IMG/VR virus record: IMGVR_UViG_3300028886_000029
Span: 110,007-174,006 of that record
Direction: 5' to 3' (one strand)
Length of the DNA stretch: 64,000 nucleotides
Source of the DNA: a virus
Lineage: Duplodnaviria > Heunggongvirae > Uroviricota > Caudoviricetes
The notes beneath the pieces were generated by a model. The model saw nothing but the letters and a program-made list of their open reading frames with translations. It did not search any database and was not told the DNA's origin. Below, piece after piece: positions 18,663 through 28,064 of the stretch. Positions within the stretch are counted from its first letter, which is position 1, and each line of letters opens with the position of its first letter. The position numbers and the translations under genes were made by a program.

Positions 18663-20276
18663 TTATGCGTCTTGATGTACTTTATAGACCATATTGTCAG
18701 GAAAAGTTATTTTTGCATCTCTTGCTTTTCCTGTTGTGTTTTTTTGCGCTTTAATTGGTACATAATACCTCAACGTGTAACCGTTAAACCATGGTTCACC
18801 ACTAGGACGCATTGGCACAACACCATCAATTTTTCCTGTCATCTCATATTCCATCAGTTGGTCACTTGTCCATGTGTTCGTGCTTATCACTTGAAACTTG
18901 GATGTTTCTACAGTTAACCATGATGAGTCCACTTGCACTTGACTGAGCACCGTTCTACCACAACCTGCGCCACATATAAATTCAATACCACCTAAACCGG
19001 TACTATAATTATTAGTAAAATAAAATGTACCGTTGGCATCACAAACACTTTTAGTGTAATTATGGAAACTTTTGATATAATCCGCCGCTTCTTGCACTAT
19101 TTTTACAGCAACACCCTTATCATTACTAAAATATCCTCGTACCCAAACAGTTTTTTCAAGTTTGTTTCCATAATTAGTTGCGAAAGTCACGGTCAATATA
19201 TTACCATCTTGTGTTTTCTTCGCATCTTCTATTCCCGTCACACCGTAGCCTGTATGATGACCGTTAAGGTCAATATACTCAACATGAAAAGTTCTTGTTG
19301 ACGATTCCGCAGGTATTGTCACTGTTGTTGGTGTTACAGCGGTAACAATTGTACCGTCTGGTGATACCGTTACCTTACAAGTGTCAAAGTATTTTTCATC
19401 ATATGTACATGCCGAAATGGTCACCGTACCCAAGTCATTATTGGCAGGAACCTCAATCCAACCCCTGTTGGGGGCTTTATAGGATTTAACTTTTGCAATT
19501 CTACTATTAGATGATTTCCATATGACGTTTTTGTTTGTTGCGTTTGATGGTGTAATTGTGGCATACACAAATTCAGCCGTATTACGGTAAGTATTCAAAT
19601 CCACTGTATGTTTATCCAATGTGATGCCTGTCGGCTCAATTACCACATCACCACTGCCATCACCACTACTGTCCTCACTTGTACCATTGGGGTCACCTTT
19701 CACAGTTATCTCCACAAAACCAGACACATTGTTATATATTGCACTAATCGCAACCGTTTTATTGTACTTGGTTTTGTTTACACCTGTCACTTTACCTTTA
19801 CTGACTGTGGCAATCGCACTGTTAGCACTGTTCCACACAATGTTATTCACATTCAGGTCTTCTTCCTTAACAACCTTGTCACCGTCATACTCATAATATT
19901 TAGCTGTACAGTTAGTTGTACCGGTGCATGTTATCTCATTGTTGTTTGCGGTAACAACAATTTTTTTGACTATATCAGTCTCACCATAAGGCACAACTGA
20001 TGTCCACTTTACATCATCAACTGAATATATCGCATTACCATATTTTACGCTTTCAGAAGACAAAGAAATATATTTTGTGTCAATCAATGTCCCAAGAGGT
20101 GTTATCCAATCAGGCGCATCAATACTTTTTTCCTCTGTTGTGGCGGTTACCGTATGTGATTTTCCCTCATATGTGAAAGTAGTTGGTATTTGCAAATTAG
20201 ATGGTACAGAACTACCTGTATCAATTTTAAAATATATTGTCCAACTACCATCGTTATTTTGTTTTGCGCTTGCCAT
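18663..20276 (-). CDS. Big_2 Ig-like/BACON-like protein, array member 6
   Basis: Shared N-terminal module; WNSANSAIATV and PSNATNKNVIWKSSNSRIA (classic Big_2); C-terminal NTTGKARDAKITF. Confidence 0.8.
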   Translation of the reverse strand: MASAKQNNDGSWTIYFKIDTGSSVPSNLQIPTTFTYEGKSHTVTATTEEKSIDAPDWITPLGTLIDTKYISLSSESVKYGNAIYSVDDVKWTSVVPYGETDIVKKIVVTANNNEITCTGTTNCTAKYYEYDGDKVVKEEDLNVNNIVWNSANSAIATVSKGKVTGVNKTKYNKTVAISAIYNNVSGFVEITVKGDPNGTSEDSSGDGSGDVVIEPTGITLDKHTVDLNTYRNTAEFVYATITPSNATNKNVIWKSSNSRIAKVKSYKAPNRGWIEVPANNDLGTVTISACTYDEKYFDTCKVTVSPDGTIVTAVTPTTVTIPAESSTRTFHVEYIDLNGHHTGYGVTGIEDAKKTQDGNILTVTFATNYGNKLEKTVWVRGYFSNDKGVAVKIVQEAADYIKSFHNYTKSVCDANGTFYFTNNYSTGLGGIEFICGAGCGRTVLSQVQVDSSWLTVETSKFQVISTNTWTSDQLMEYEMTGKIDGVVPMRPSGEPWFNGYTLRYYVPIKAQKNTTGKARDAKITFPDNMVYKVHQDA

Positions 20277-20288
20277 ATTTCTTAAAAA

Positions 20289-23200
20289 TTACTCATTATT
20301 TTGTTTTAATCTACCTGCCAAGTTGACACTCACATAATCCAATATAGGACTGTTTTGCCTGATATTACCTCTAACAGCCGCTTTAACCTCCGTAACAGTT
20401 GCAATGTTGGATTGTACCAAACCTGCGTAACCAGGAATAACAACCTCACTTGAAATCTGTTCCAAATCAGCGTAACCAGGGATTGACATCTCTGTTATAT
20501 CCTGCACAACAGTACCTGACGCTGGAATACCTATCGGTTCACTGAAGTCATTACAGAATCCCCATTCAAAAATTGTCGTTGACGGTAACAGTTGTTTCAT
20601 GTATTCAACGACAACTTTTCTTATATAATCCTGCCATTCTCTTTTGAAATCAGGCTCATCAACAGGCGAATCAACAAACTCAATCCTCATATTTTTCAAA
20701 TTCACAAGTGAATATGACGCAGGTTCCATATAATTGTTACCACCCTCAGGATTATATAAAATATTCATATCAACACTTGTCGCACTACCACATATACCCT
20801 CAGTCACACTTTTGTCAATCATATTCTCAACCTCAGGTAAAGTGTTTTTACAATCATAAGTGTTACCGTCAGTTTGTTCTATTACAGTCAAATCAGACTT
20901 ATACCTTGGTCTGAAATAATCAACTTTCCTATTGTCGGTATAACCGCTTTTAATATTAAAATCATATGTTGTTATCGCACTTTCAACATCAAGTGTTGAA
21001 AACCTGCTGAAGTTATTGTTTTTAATATTGTATTCAAATATGTTGCTTAATACCCTAACATACTCAGCACCGTCATCATATGCTGTTTTCGCTATATGTG
21101 GGTTATTACCATTTGTTTTCTCCTTAATTGCTTCCTGATATAATACATTTGTACCGTCTACCGAAGAAGCATTTAAAATGTCTTTCAAATAAATGTATCT
21201 CCAACCACAGCCACCAAACAAACCCACAGCATTTGTTTTGAAAATGTTGTCAAGGACAAAATAATGTGAATATACTGTATTCCCATCCTCAGTCATCTCC
21301 GCTGTTTCGGGGTTATTGCCACTGTTAATGATGTAAAACCCATCCATAACCTCACGCAAGGCTGATATGTCATTGACATAGCAAATATCACCGACAGAGA
21401 CCTCATTAGGTAAAAAACCTATCATCTCATAGATGTCAGAAGCGAATTTTAACCTGTTTTTCGTCTCATCATAGAAATTATCACCTGCAATAAGACCACT
21501 TGGGATATATTTTTTTACATCATATCCTTGTATCTGTAACTCAGAAACATCTATAATTGGTTTTTTACCCCAACCACCTTTCATTTGGAAATAAAGGCCA
21601 TTGTCATATTCCTTTTTGGGGTCATACCATGGTATTACATATCTTTTAATTGTGTCATCTTCATAGTTTCGAACAACAACCGGTTTACATGCTATACCAT
21701 AGTAATCATCAACACTCTCATTTATTGGATAATTGTCTTTCCTACCGTTAATAACCTCAACATCAATAGCGTCAGGATATTTACAGTTAAATCTATCAGT
21801 CGCTTCCAAACCCCTTAGTTCCGCAATATCCATTTTACAGACATCACCGCCCTGCGCCACACCAATGTGTTCCTTAATCCTATATTCTGTCGGTTTCAAA
21901 CCAAGTAAACCAAACATGGTCTCAAGCCCCTCCCTTGTTCCTTTAAGGGAATTGATATAATGTGAGTTGATTTTAAGGTTCCTCATGAACTGGGTGTTAC
22001 CGTCAACCTCATTGTAACCTGTCGAAAAACCACTGTACAACGCCTCAGTAACAACACTTGTCTTGGCCGTAGGATTAGGCAAAATAGCGTCAAAACCACT
22101 TAACTCAACCACATCGGTCAAGTGATAGTCAGGTAAATTGTTCTTTTGGTCATATGACACATTGTTACTGAATTTGATATTATCAATATACCTTTTAAGT
22201 CCATCATATTGTCTTGCGTATAACTGTAACACAGCCTCAATTCTGGAAGAATCAATATTTGACAAGTCCTCTATATCATCACCACTATGTCTAAAAAAAG
22301 TCCAATCAAGGTTCTTTATCGCCTCATGGGTCATCATCCTCCAAATATTGTTGGAATCAAACTCATCATGATATTGAGCTAAAGAGATTAGCCTGAACAA
22401 GTATGAGTTAAACGCCGTTGTCGTAATCTGTGGATTCCAATTGTTTCGTGATGGCCATGTGTAAGGCTCCATTGTGTACTCATAACCGTTATCGGTCTCA
22501 TAGGGTGTCTCAAAAACCGCTTTGTATATCGGTTTGCTTTGTCTGTTCAACAATATTGACTCAAATTCATCAATCGTTTCAAAATACTCAATGACAATCG
22601 CTTCGTTAGGTCTGATACTTGTGCCAGCGATTTTGTTCTCCACCTCAATCTCACCTGCGTTAGCGTTAACCCTAACCACATTGTTTGACTTCAACATTGT
22701 CATTCTACTCTCAACAGGTTCCTGTTGCAACAAATGTCCCTTTCCTGCTATATTGATATCAATAACATCATATTCTTGTTTAAGATGCCCCTTCGCAGGA
22801 ATACCGACATCCTGAACATTATCTTGCACCAAATGGCCAATCGCACCAATATCAATCTTGGCAGGGTCTTGCACCAAATGTCCTGTCGCATCAATATCAA
22901 TGCTTTGTATAACCTCATAAATATATATTTTTTCGCCGTTCTGAATATATATACACACTTTAATGCCACCTATCTCAGCACAGCCAAGAATACCGTCATT
23001 ACAACCGTCATAATCTGGATTCCGATGAAAATTAGACTTTGTAAGGTTTTCCTCAATAACCTCACCATCTTTCATTTTAACATAATCTTGGATTGATAAG
23101 GTAAGATATCTGTACGGATTCTCTATGTTTTCCTCATTAATGAAGTCAGACTCAAAATTAATCCCAAACTCGTTATGTGCTATCCTAAAATCACTGACAG

Positions 23201-23696
23201 GTCTTTTCTCACCGTCAAGCATCACATATTCAACATAATTTCCGTTTCTGTCCAATGGTTCGAAAGGCTCATTACCAAAATAAATCTCAGCAGGAAACCA
23301 TTTTATGACATGGTTAACCGTGGCATGTACCATCTCTATCGCCGAACCATAGTATGCGAAATCCCTAATGGAATTATAGTTCGGCTTAATTCTGATTTTA
23401 CTCTCATCTGAAATTGGTGCTTCGTTAAGGTCTTCAAGTGTCCAAACCTCACTACCATCAGGTGTTTTTAACCATGTGTTTCTATTATATTTTCTTTTCA
23501 AATCAATATCAGTTCTTGTACTGAATTTGAAATTTGAGTCGGAATAAAGAATTTCCTGGCCATCACCAAACAATGAGTCCAAAGGCGTTATTGTCATGAT
23601 GTCGTTCTCAAAAATATCGCCCTTGTCAGTTGTCTGATGTTTTTTTCTTAAAAAAGTGTAATCAGATTTTACTTTATATTTGTTGTTGTTTACCAT
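20289..23696 (-). CDS. Large structural (baseplate-associated) protein with two clusters of 11-aa repeats
   Basis: 1135 aa, inside the structural operon; four GHLxQ repeats internally and about five related repeats at the C-terminus. Confidence 0.6.
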   Translation of the reverse strand: MVNNNKYKVKSDYTFLRKKHQTTDKGDIFENDIMTITPLDSLFGDGQEILYSDSNFKFSTRTDIDLKRKYNRNTWLKTPDGSEVWTLEDLNEAPISDESKIRIKPNYNSIRDFAYYGSAIEMVHATVNHVIKWFPAEIYFGNEPFEPLDRNGNYVEYVMLDGEKRPVSDFRIAHNEFGINFESDFINEENIENPYRYLTLSIQDYVKMKDGEVIEENLTKSNFHRNPDYDGCNDGILGCAEIGGIKVCIYIQNGEKIYIYEVIQSIDIDATGHLVQDPAKIDIGAIGHLVQDNVQDVGIPAKGHLKQEYDVIDINIAGKGHLLQQEPVESRMTMLKSNNVVRVNANAGEIEVENKIAGTSIRPNEAIVIEYFETIDEFESILLNRQSKPIYKAVFETPYETDNGYEYTMEPYTWPSRNNWNPQITTTAFNSYLFRLISLAQYHDEFDSNNIWRMMTHEAIKNLDWTFFRHSGDDIEDLSNIDSSRIEAVLQLYARQYDGLKRYIDNIKFSNNVSYDQKNNLPDYHLTDVVELSGFDAILPNPTAKTSVVTEALYSGFSTGYNEVDGNTQFMRNLKINSHYINSLKGTREGLETMFGLLGLKPTEYRIKEHIGVAQGGDVCKMDIAELRGLEATDRFNCKYPDAIDVEVINGRKDNYPINESVDDYYGIACKPVVVRNYEDDTIKRYVIPWYDPKKEYDNGLYFQMKGGWGKKPIIDVSELQIQGYDVKKYIPSGLIAGDNFYDETKNRLKFASDIYEMIGFLPNEVSVGDICYVNDISALREVMDGFYIINSGNNPETAEMTEDGNTVYSHYFVLDNIFKTNAVGLFGGCGWRYIYLKDILNASSVDGTNVLYQEAIKEKTNGNNPHIAKTAYDDGAEYVRVLSNIFEYNIKNNNFSRFSTLDVESAITTYDFNIKSGYTDNRKVDYFRPRYKSDLTVIEQTDGNTYDCKNTLPEVENMIDKSVTEGICGSATSVDMNILYNPEGGNNYMEPASYSLVNLKNMRIEFVDSPVDEPDFKREWQDYIRKVVVEYMKQLLPSTTIFEWGFCNDFSEPIGIPASGTVVQDITEMSIPGYADLEQISSEVVIPGYAGLVQSNIATVTEVKAAVRGNIRQNSPILDYVSVNLAGRLKQNNE

Positions 23697-23701
23697 TTTA
23701 A

Positions 23702-24586
23702 TTAAACGTTATCAATCACCTTATCATAAGACTCACCATTATCAATACTATCCCTATTTTTCTTGACATCATATAATGGCTCACCCAAAGAACTTTTTAC
23801 TGTATAATAATCTTGTTGCTTATAGATTTCACGCTCATCATTATATGTTGTGATAATTGCCTTATCCCTGTTCCTAACTTGGTCACCTTCTATCATATAT
23901 GTTAATGTGTCCGCATCATGGTCAACCATCTCAATCTCCAATAACTTAGGGTCAAATTTTGTGTTCACCAAATAAACCTCACCACCAGGAACACCGATAT
24001 ACGGTGTGACATTTGGCCTGAAACTACTTGCGGATGAAGGCGTAACCGTACAGAAAACCAAATTGGAAGAAGTGTCCGTAAACCTGTATCTTGTTGTTTT
24101 CGGATATGAATCCGCAACCGTGACCAACACAGGCTCACATCTGTTACATGATGTAATTAGTCTGCTTATATCAGTCCTATTACCGCTGGTATCAAGGTAG
24201 TCAATCCTGTAACCCGTTAAATCCATCACGCCATTCAAATCACTTAAATTAATGATAACACCCTTAACATCAGGATATGTGGCAAGCACACTGACATCAG
24301 TAAGTTTAATCCTTTCCTCTTTTGGTCTTATATATACCGTATAAAACCCCTTTTGATTAAAAACATCAAGAGGTAATCTCAACTCATATAAGCCAAGAAT
24401 GTCAGATATCGGCTCATTCAGGTCATTATCATATTGAGCCTTAACCAAACAACTACTATCCAAAAATCTAAACCCTGTCATGTCATCAGGGTCAGTGCTT
24501 CTTGTTGGTCTGTAGAAATAAAGTATCTCAACATCATTATCAATGTCCAAATTACTTGTCCTTACTGTTCCGTATAAACTTGCCAT
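23702..24586 (-). CDS. Putative structural protein
   Basis: 294-aa ORF tightly packed in the baseplate operon. Confidence 0.6.
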   Translation of the reverse strand: MASLYGTVRTSNLDIDNDVEILYFYRPTRSTDPDDMTGFRFLDSSCLVKAQYDNDLNEPISDILGLYELRLPLDVFNQKGFYTVYIRPKEERIKLTDVSVLATYPDVKGVIINLSDLNGVMDLTGYRIDYLDTSGNRTDISRLITSCNRCEPVLVTVADSYPKTTRYRFTDTSSNLVFCTVTPSSASSFRPNVTPYIGVPGGEVYLVNTKFDPKLLEIEMVDHDADTLTYMIEGDQVRNRDKAIITTYNDEREIYKQQDYYTVKSSLGEPLYDVKKNRDSIDNGESYDKVIDNV

Positions 24587-24607
24587 GTCATTATATTAAT
24601 TTTCTTC

Positions 24608-26233
24608 TTATTCAAAAAAACTACCGTTCGCAATCTCCTCCAAATCCTGCATTGTGTTACATTCAGTTAATTTAAAATGCCTCTCAAACGCCGCCGCATT
24701 ACCTCTGTCAACCTCAATATCAATATCCAAATTTGAGTCCATTGATATACCCATGAGATAATCTTCCTTAAATACAGGAGTATTTAAACAACTTCCATCA
24801 TATTCCCACACATCACCAGTTTTAATCTGTTGTACATCACTTACAAGTGTTTGTCTACTCAAGTTAAAATCACCACTATAAACATAGGTTTTTTGTGTCT
24901 CAAAATCAATCTCATTGTACCAATAATTCACTTCAAAACCGTCAATTTTCGCTGTCGCAACCCTATTTGGATAATAATTGTATGTTTCCTTATAAATAGT
25001 GCCGCCTCTTGCTGTTTCCGTATCATACGCGTCACTATTAAAAATGGCACCAATGACATAAGTAAATGTCACTTTATTGCCATTTTCCTGTATTTCCTTA
25101 ATAAAATCACCTGAGTAAACACCGTTATAACCATCCCTGTTAAACACCGTTTTTTCGGTATATGGTATTCTCATCGGTGTGTCCTCACTGTTGTTGTACC
25201 TTACCAAAAAATAATAAGTGTCACCACCATTAGGCGCAACTGTATCCAAATATGACTTAACAACCTCAATTGTCGTCAAAACCTTATATTTTTTCTTATT
25301 GACAGTGTTTTCCTCATCGTCAGCACACTCCAAATCCCTTGTGTTGTACTCTGATATATCCCAACCGCCATTAGAATAAACACATTTATAAAATTGTCCG
25401 TCACCGTCAAAATCCATAAATATACCAGGCAGGATATTACCGTCATCATCTGAGAAATATTGTGTGTCCTTCAATGTGTTTAACTTTGATTCAAGAACAA
25501 TACCCTCATTAGACACATCAATAATTTTGTCCTCAGTTAAACCACTTGATTCAACACCAAAACCAGTTCCTGATGTTGTTAAACCTGATATATTAACATC
25601 AAACCAATCTTTAGAGTTGTTATTTGAAAACACCTTGTCATCAAGCCACCCAAAATAATCAGTCATCAAACCGACATCGGCATATTCCCTTGTCAGCAAA
25701 ACAGGAACCGGTATATACGGTGTTTTATCAAACCTTTTTCCTGACGCATTGGTATATATTGTCTCATTTATCTCTCTTAACCAATCTAAGCCACCATAAC
25801 CCTCATATCTGTCCCAATCATTTTCCGATACCAAGATAACATACTCATGTGAGACATCACTATCATTACTTGTATAATATTTTCCATCATCTGACAGCGT
25901 GAACGCGGACACAATAAACACACCAATATCCTCGTTCATTATAAAATGTTCGGTTGTGTCCGAATAACGGAAACCCAAATAATATTTGTTATATACCCTG
26001 TCACTGTCTTTTCCACAGTCATTGACATTTGACAGTCTTTTGAGATGAACACTATGCCTCATTATCTCCAACAAAACATTGTATCTTCTCATCATCTCAC
26101 ATGTTCTCATTCTAGCATTGTCATAAACAAACTCACCAAAATTAGAACCCCCATCACCACCCACAAATGGAAGTACCCCATTTATGTGTGACCTGAAAGG
26201 ATATAATGATATTTTCTTTTTAATTATTTCCAT
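24608..26233 (-). CDS. Putative structural protein
   Basis: 541-aa ORF overlapping the upstream gene; operon context. Confidence 0.6.
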   Translation of the reverse strand: MEIIKKKISLYPFRSHINGVLPFVGGDGGSNFGEFVYDNARMRTCEMMRRYNVLLEIMRHSVHLKRLSNVNDCGKDSDRVYNKYYLGFRYSDTTEHFIMNEDIGVFIVSAFTLSDDGKYYTSNDSDVSHEYVILVSENDWDRYEGYGGLDWLREINETIYTNASGKRFDKTPYIPVPVLLTREYADVGLMTDYFGWLDDKVFSNNNSKDWFDVNISGLTTSGTGFGVESSGLTEDKIIDVSNEGIVLESKLNTLKDTQYFSDDDGNILPGIFMDFDGDGQFYKCVYSNGGWDISEYNTRDLECADDEENTVNKKKYKVLTTIEVVKSYLDTVAPNGGDTYYFLVRYNNSEDTPMRIPYTEKTVFNRDGYNGVYSGDFIKEIQENGNKVTFTYVIGAIFNSDAYDTETARGGTIYKETYNYYPNRVATAKIDGFEVNYWYNEIDFETQKTYVYSGDFNLSRQTLVSDVQQIKTGDVWEYDGSCLNTPVFKEDYLMGISMDSNLDIDIEVDRGNAAAFERHFKLTECNTMQDLEEIANGSFFE

Positions 26234-28064
26234 TGTCTAATTTCGGCTCAACTAAATTCAAACTTATTGTGTTATCGTTCAATGTTATATACTCGTTCTC
26301 ATTAAATGTGTATACAAACATTTTCTCTTTACTGGCATTCTCGTTCTTATCCAATAATTTAATGGTGATTGGTGTGAATAACCTGTCTTTAGCCTCAGCC
26401 AATGACAAACCATTATTACCATGCGGCCATAATATCATTGGAACGGTTCTACCATATTTCGCGTGATTAAACTCTATCTTCATATAAATAGTTCTTTCCC
26501 CATTTTCTATAGCGTCAGGGAAGTAATAAAAATTAAATCCCTCACTTGATTTTTCCGTAAAATACTCATCCCTGACAACGAAACTACAATCCAATCTATA
26601 ATCAGTATCTTGGGAATTAAGGACAATATTTGTTGTTGATAAACCCTTCTTATTCAATTGGCTTTTGGCTTTAATATACTTACCGAACAACGACCCACTG
26701 TCAAAAAATATTGTTGAGTAATAGAGTAGTTTTTGTGTCAAAGGGTCTTTACTATCATAAAATGACAATCTCAAAAAAGTCTTTTTCAAATTCATTTTTT
26801 GGTTTTGCACATCATTGTCACTGTAGCCCAAGTAATACAACATATCAGACACGTTATTTTCACCCAAATTACTTGGTGTGACACCATTGTTCCATATTGC
26901 CGAACTATCCATATATTGCCAGCCTTCATTCACTAAATCCCTTACCCTAAAATGGAGATTGTATGTTATACTGGTTAACGCCTTATATTCGTCACCATCC
27001 TTATAATATGGGGCATATTTAACTTTTTCCATGTCAATGACAGGTGCGTTCTCTATCACAGCGTCTTTAATTTTCTCAGTGAAAACCTCATTAATCACCT
27101 GTTCCTGATTAAGATGAACATAATCGTTTGTCTGCGCCAAACCGACAGGAACATTCCAATAACCCGTTTCTTTCGCTATAACAACATTGTTGTATTTATC
27201 AACACCGTTGGTCTCAACATCCCTTTCAAATCTCTCACCGTTTATTGTCACAGCACTGACATCCCTCCAAACATGACATTTATGTCCTGTTATGCCACTA
27301 TAATAATATGGTGTGGTCTCATTGTCATCGCAAAAATAAAAACTATTGTGTTTGTAGTAAATCAGTTTATCCAATAAATTTCCCTCATAACTACCCCAAA
27401 TATTCAATTCATTACCCTTAAATGGTATATAATAGTACATCGGCTCAGTCTGTGGATTTTTTGTTTTTTCCGTTCCACAATCCTTATAGTCAATAACATT
27501 CCATTTATTGATGATAAACTGTTCAGGTGTTTGGCAACCGCTTGTTATATAAACCCTATTACCTGGATTTACTATGTTGTCTGTCTCAGTAAACCTAAGA
27601 TTGGTCACAAAATCAATGTATTTTCCTGTCCCATACTCATAATATTGCAATGTTGTGTCAACACCTTGTTGTTTGGCGTACACAATATCCTGAACAAAAA
27701 TATTAGGGGGTGTACGCAAGTCAATTCTATTGTTGTCAACATCCTTTAAAACGTGTTCGATGTTGAGTTTGGTTTTGGGTATTTTGTTTAGTTTTATAAT
27801 CGTTTTGAAAACCTTTGTTGTCGGTCTGTCATATATGACCTCTTGCACAACCCTTCTGACATAATCAACCGCTTTCAACGCCTTAACATCTTCTCTATAT
27901 ACATTCCTGACAAATTTTATAACATCACCTTCCCTCACACTATAATAACCGTCCACAACAATATAAAGATAGTCACCACACTCATACATTTCATATGGTG
28001 TAATCACATCATCAACCGGTATTGGCGTATTTATGTTAATCTTAATCGTCTCCATTATTGGCAA
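26220..28064 (-). CDS. Putative structural protein
   Basis: 614-aa ORF overlapping both neighbours. Confidence 0.6.
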   Translation of the reverse strand: MPIMETIKININTPIPVDDVITPYEMYECGDYLYIVVDGYYSVREGDVIKFVRNVYREDVKALKAVDYVRRVVQEVIYDRPTTKVFKTIIKLNKIPKTKLNIEHVLKDVDNNRIDLRTPPNIFVQDIVYAKQQGVDTTLQYYEYGTGKYIDFVTNLRFTETDNIVNPGNRVYITSGCQTPEQFIINKWNVIDYKDCGTEKTKNPQTEPMYYYIPFKGNELNIWGSYEGNLLDKLIYYKHNSFYFCDDNETTPYYYSGITGHKCHVWRDVSAVTINGERFERDVETNGVDKYNNVVIAKETGYWNVPVGLAQTNDYVHLNQEQVINEVFTEKIKDAVIENAPVIDMEKVKYAPYYKDGDEYKALTSITYNLHFRVRDLVNEGWQYMDSSAIWNNGVTPSNLGENNVSDMLYYLGYSDNDVQNQKMNLKKTFLRLSFYDSKDPLTQKLLYYSTIFFDSGSLFGKYIKAKSQLNKKGLSTTNIVLNSQDTDYRLDCSFVVRDEYFTEKSSEGFNFYYFPDAIENGERTIYMKIEFNHAKYGRTVPMILWPHGNNGLSLAEAKDRLFTPITIKLLDKNENASKEKMFVYTFNENEYITLNDNTISLNLVEPKLDNGNN

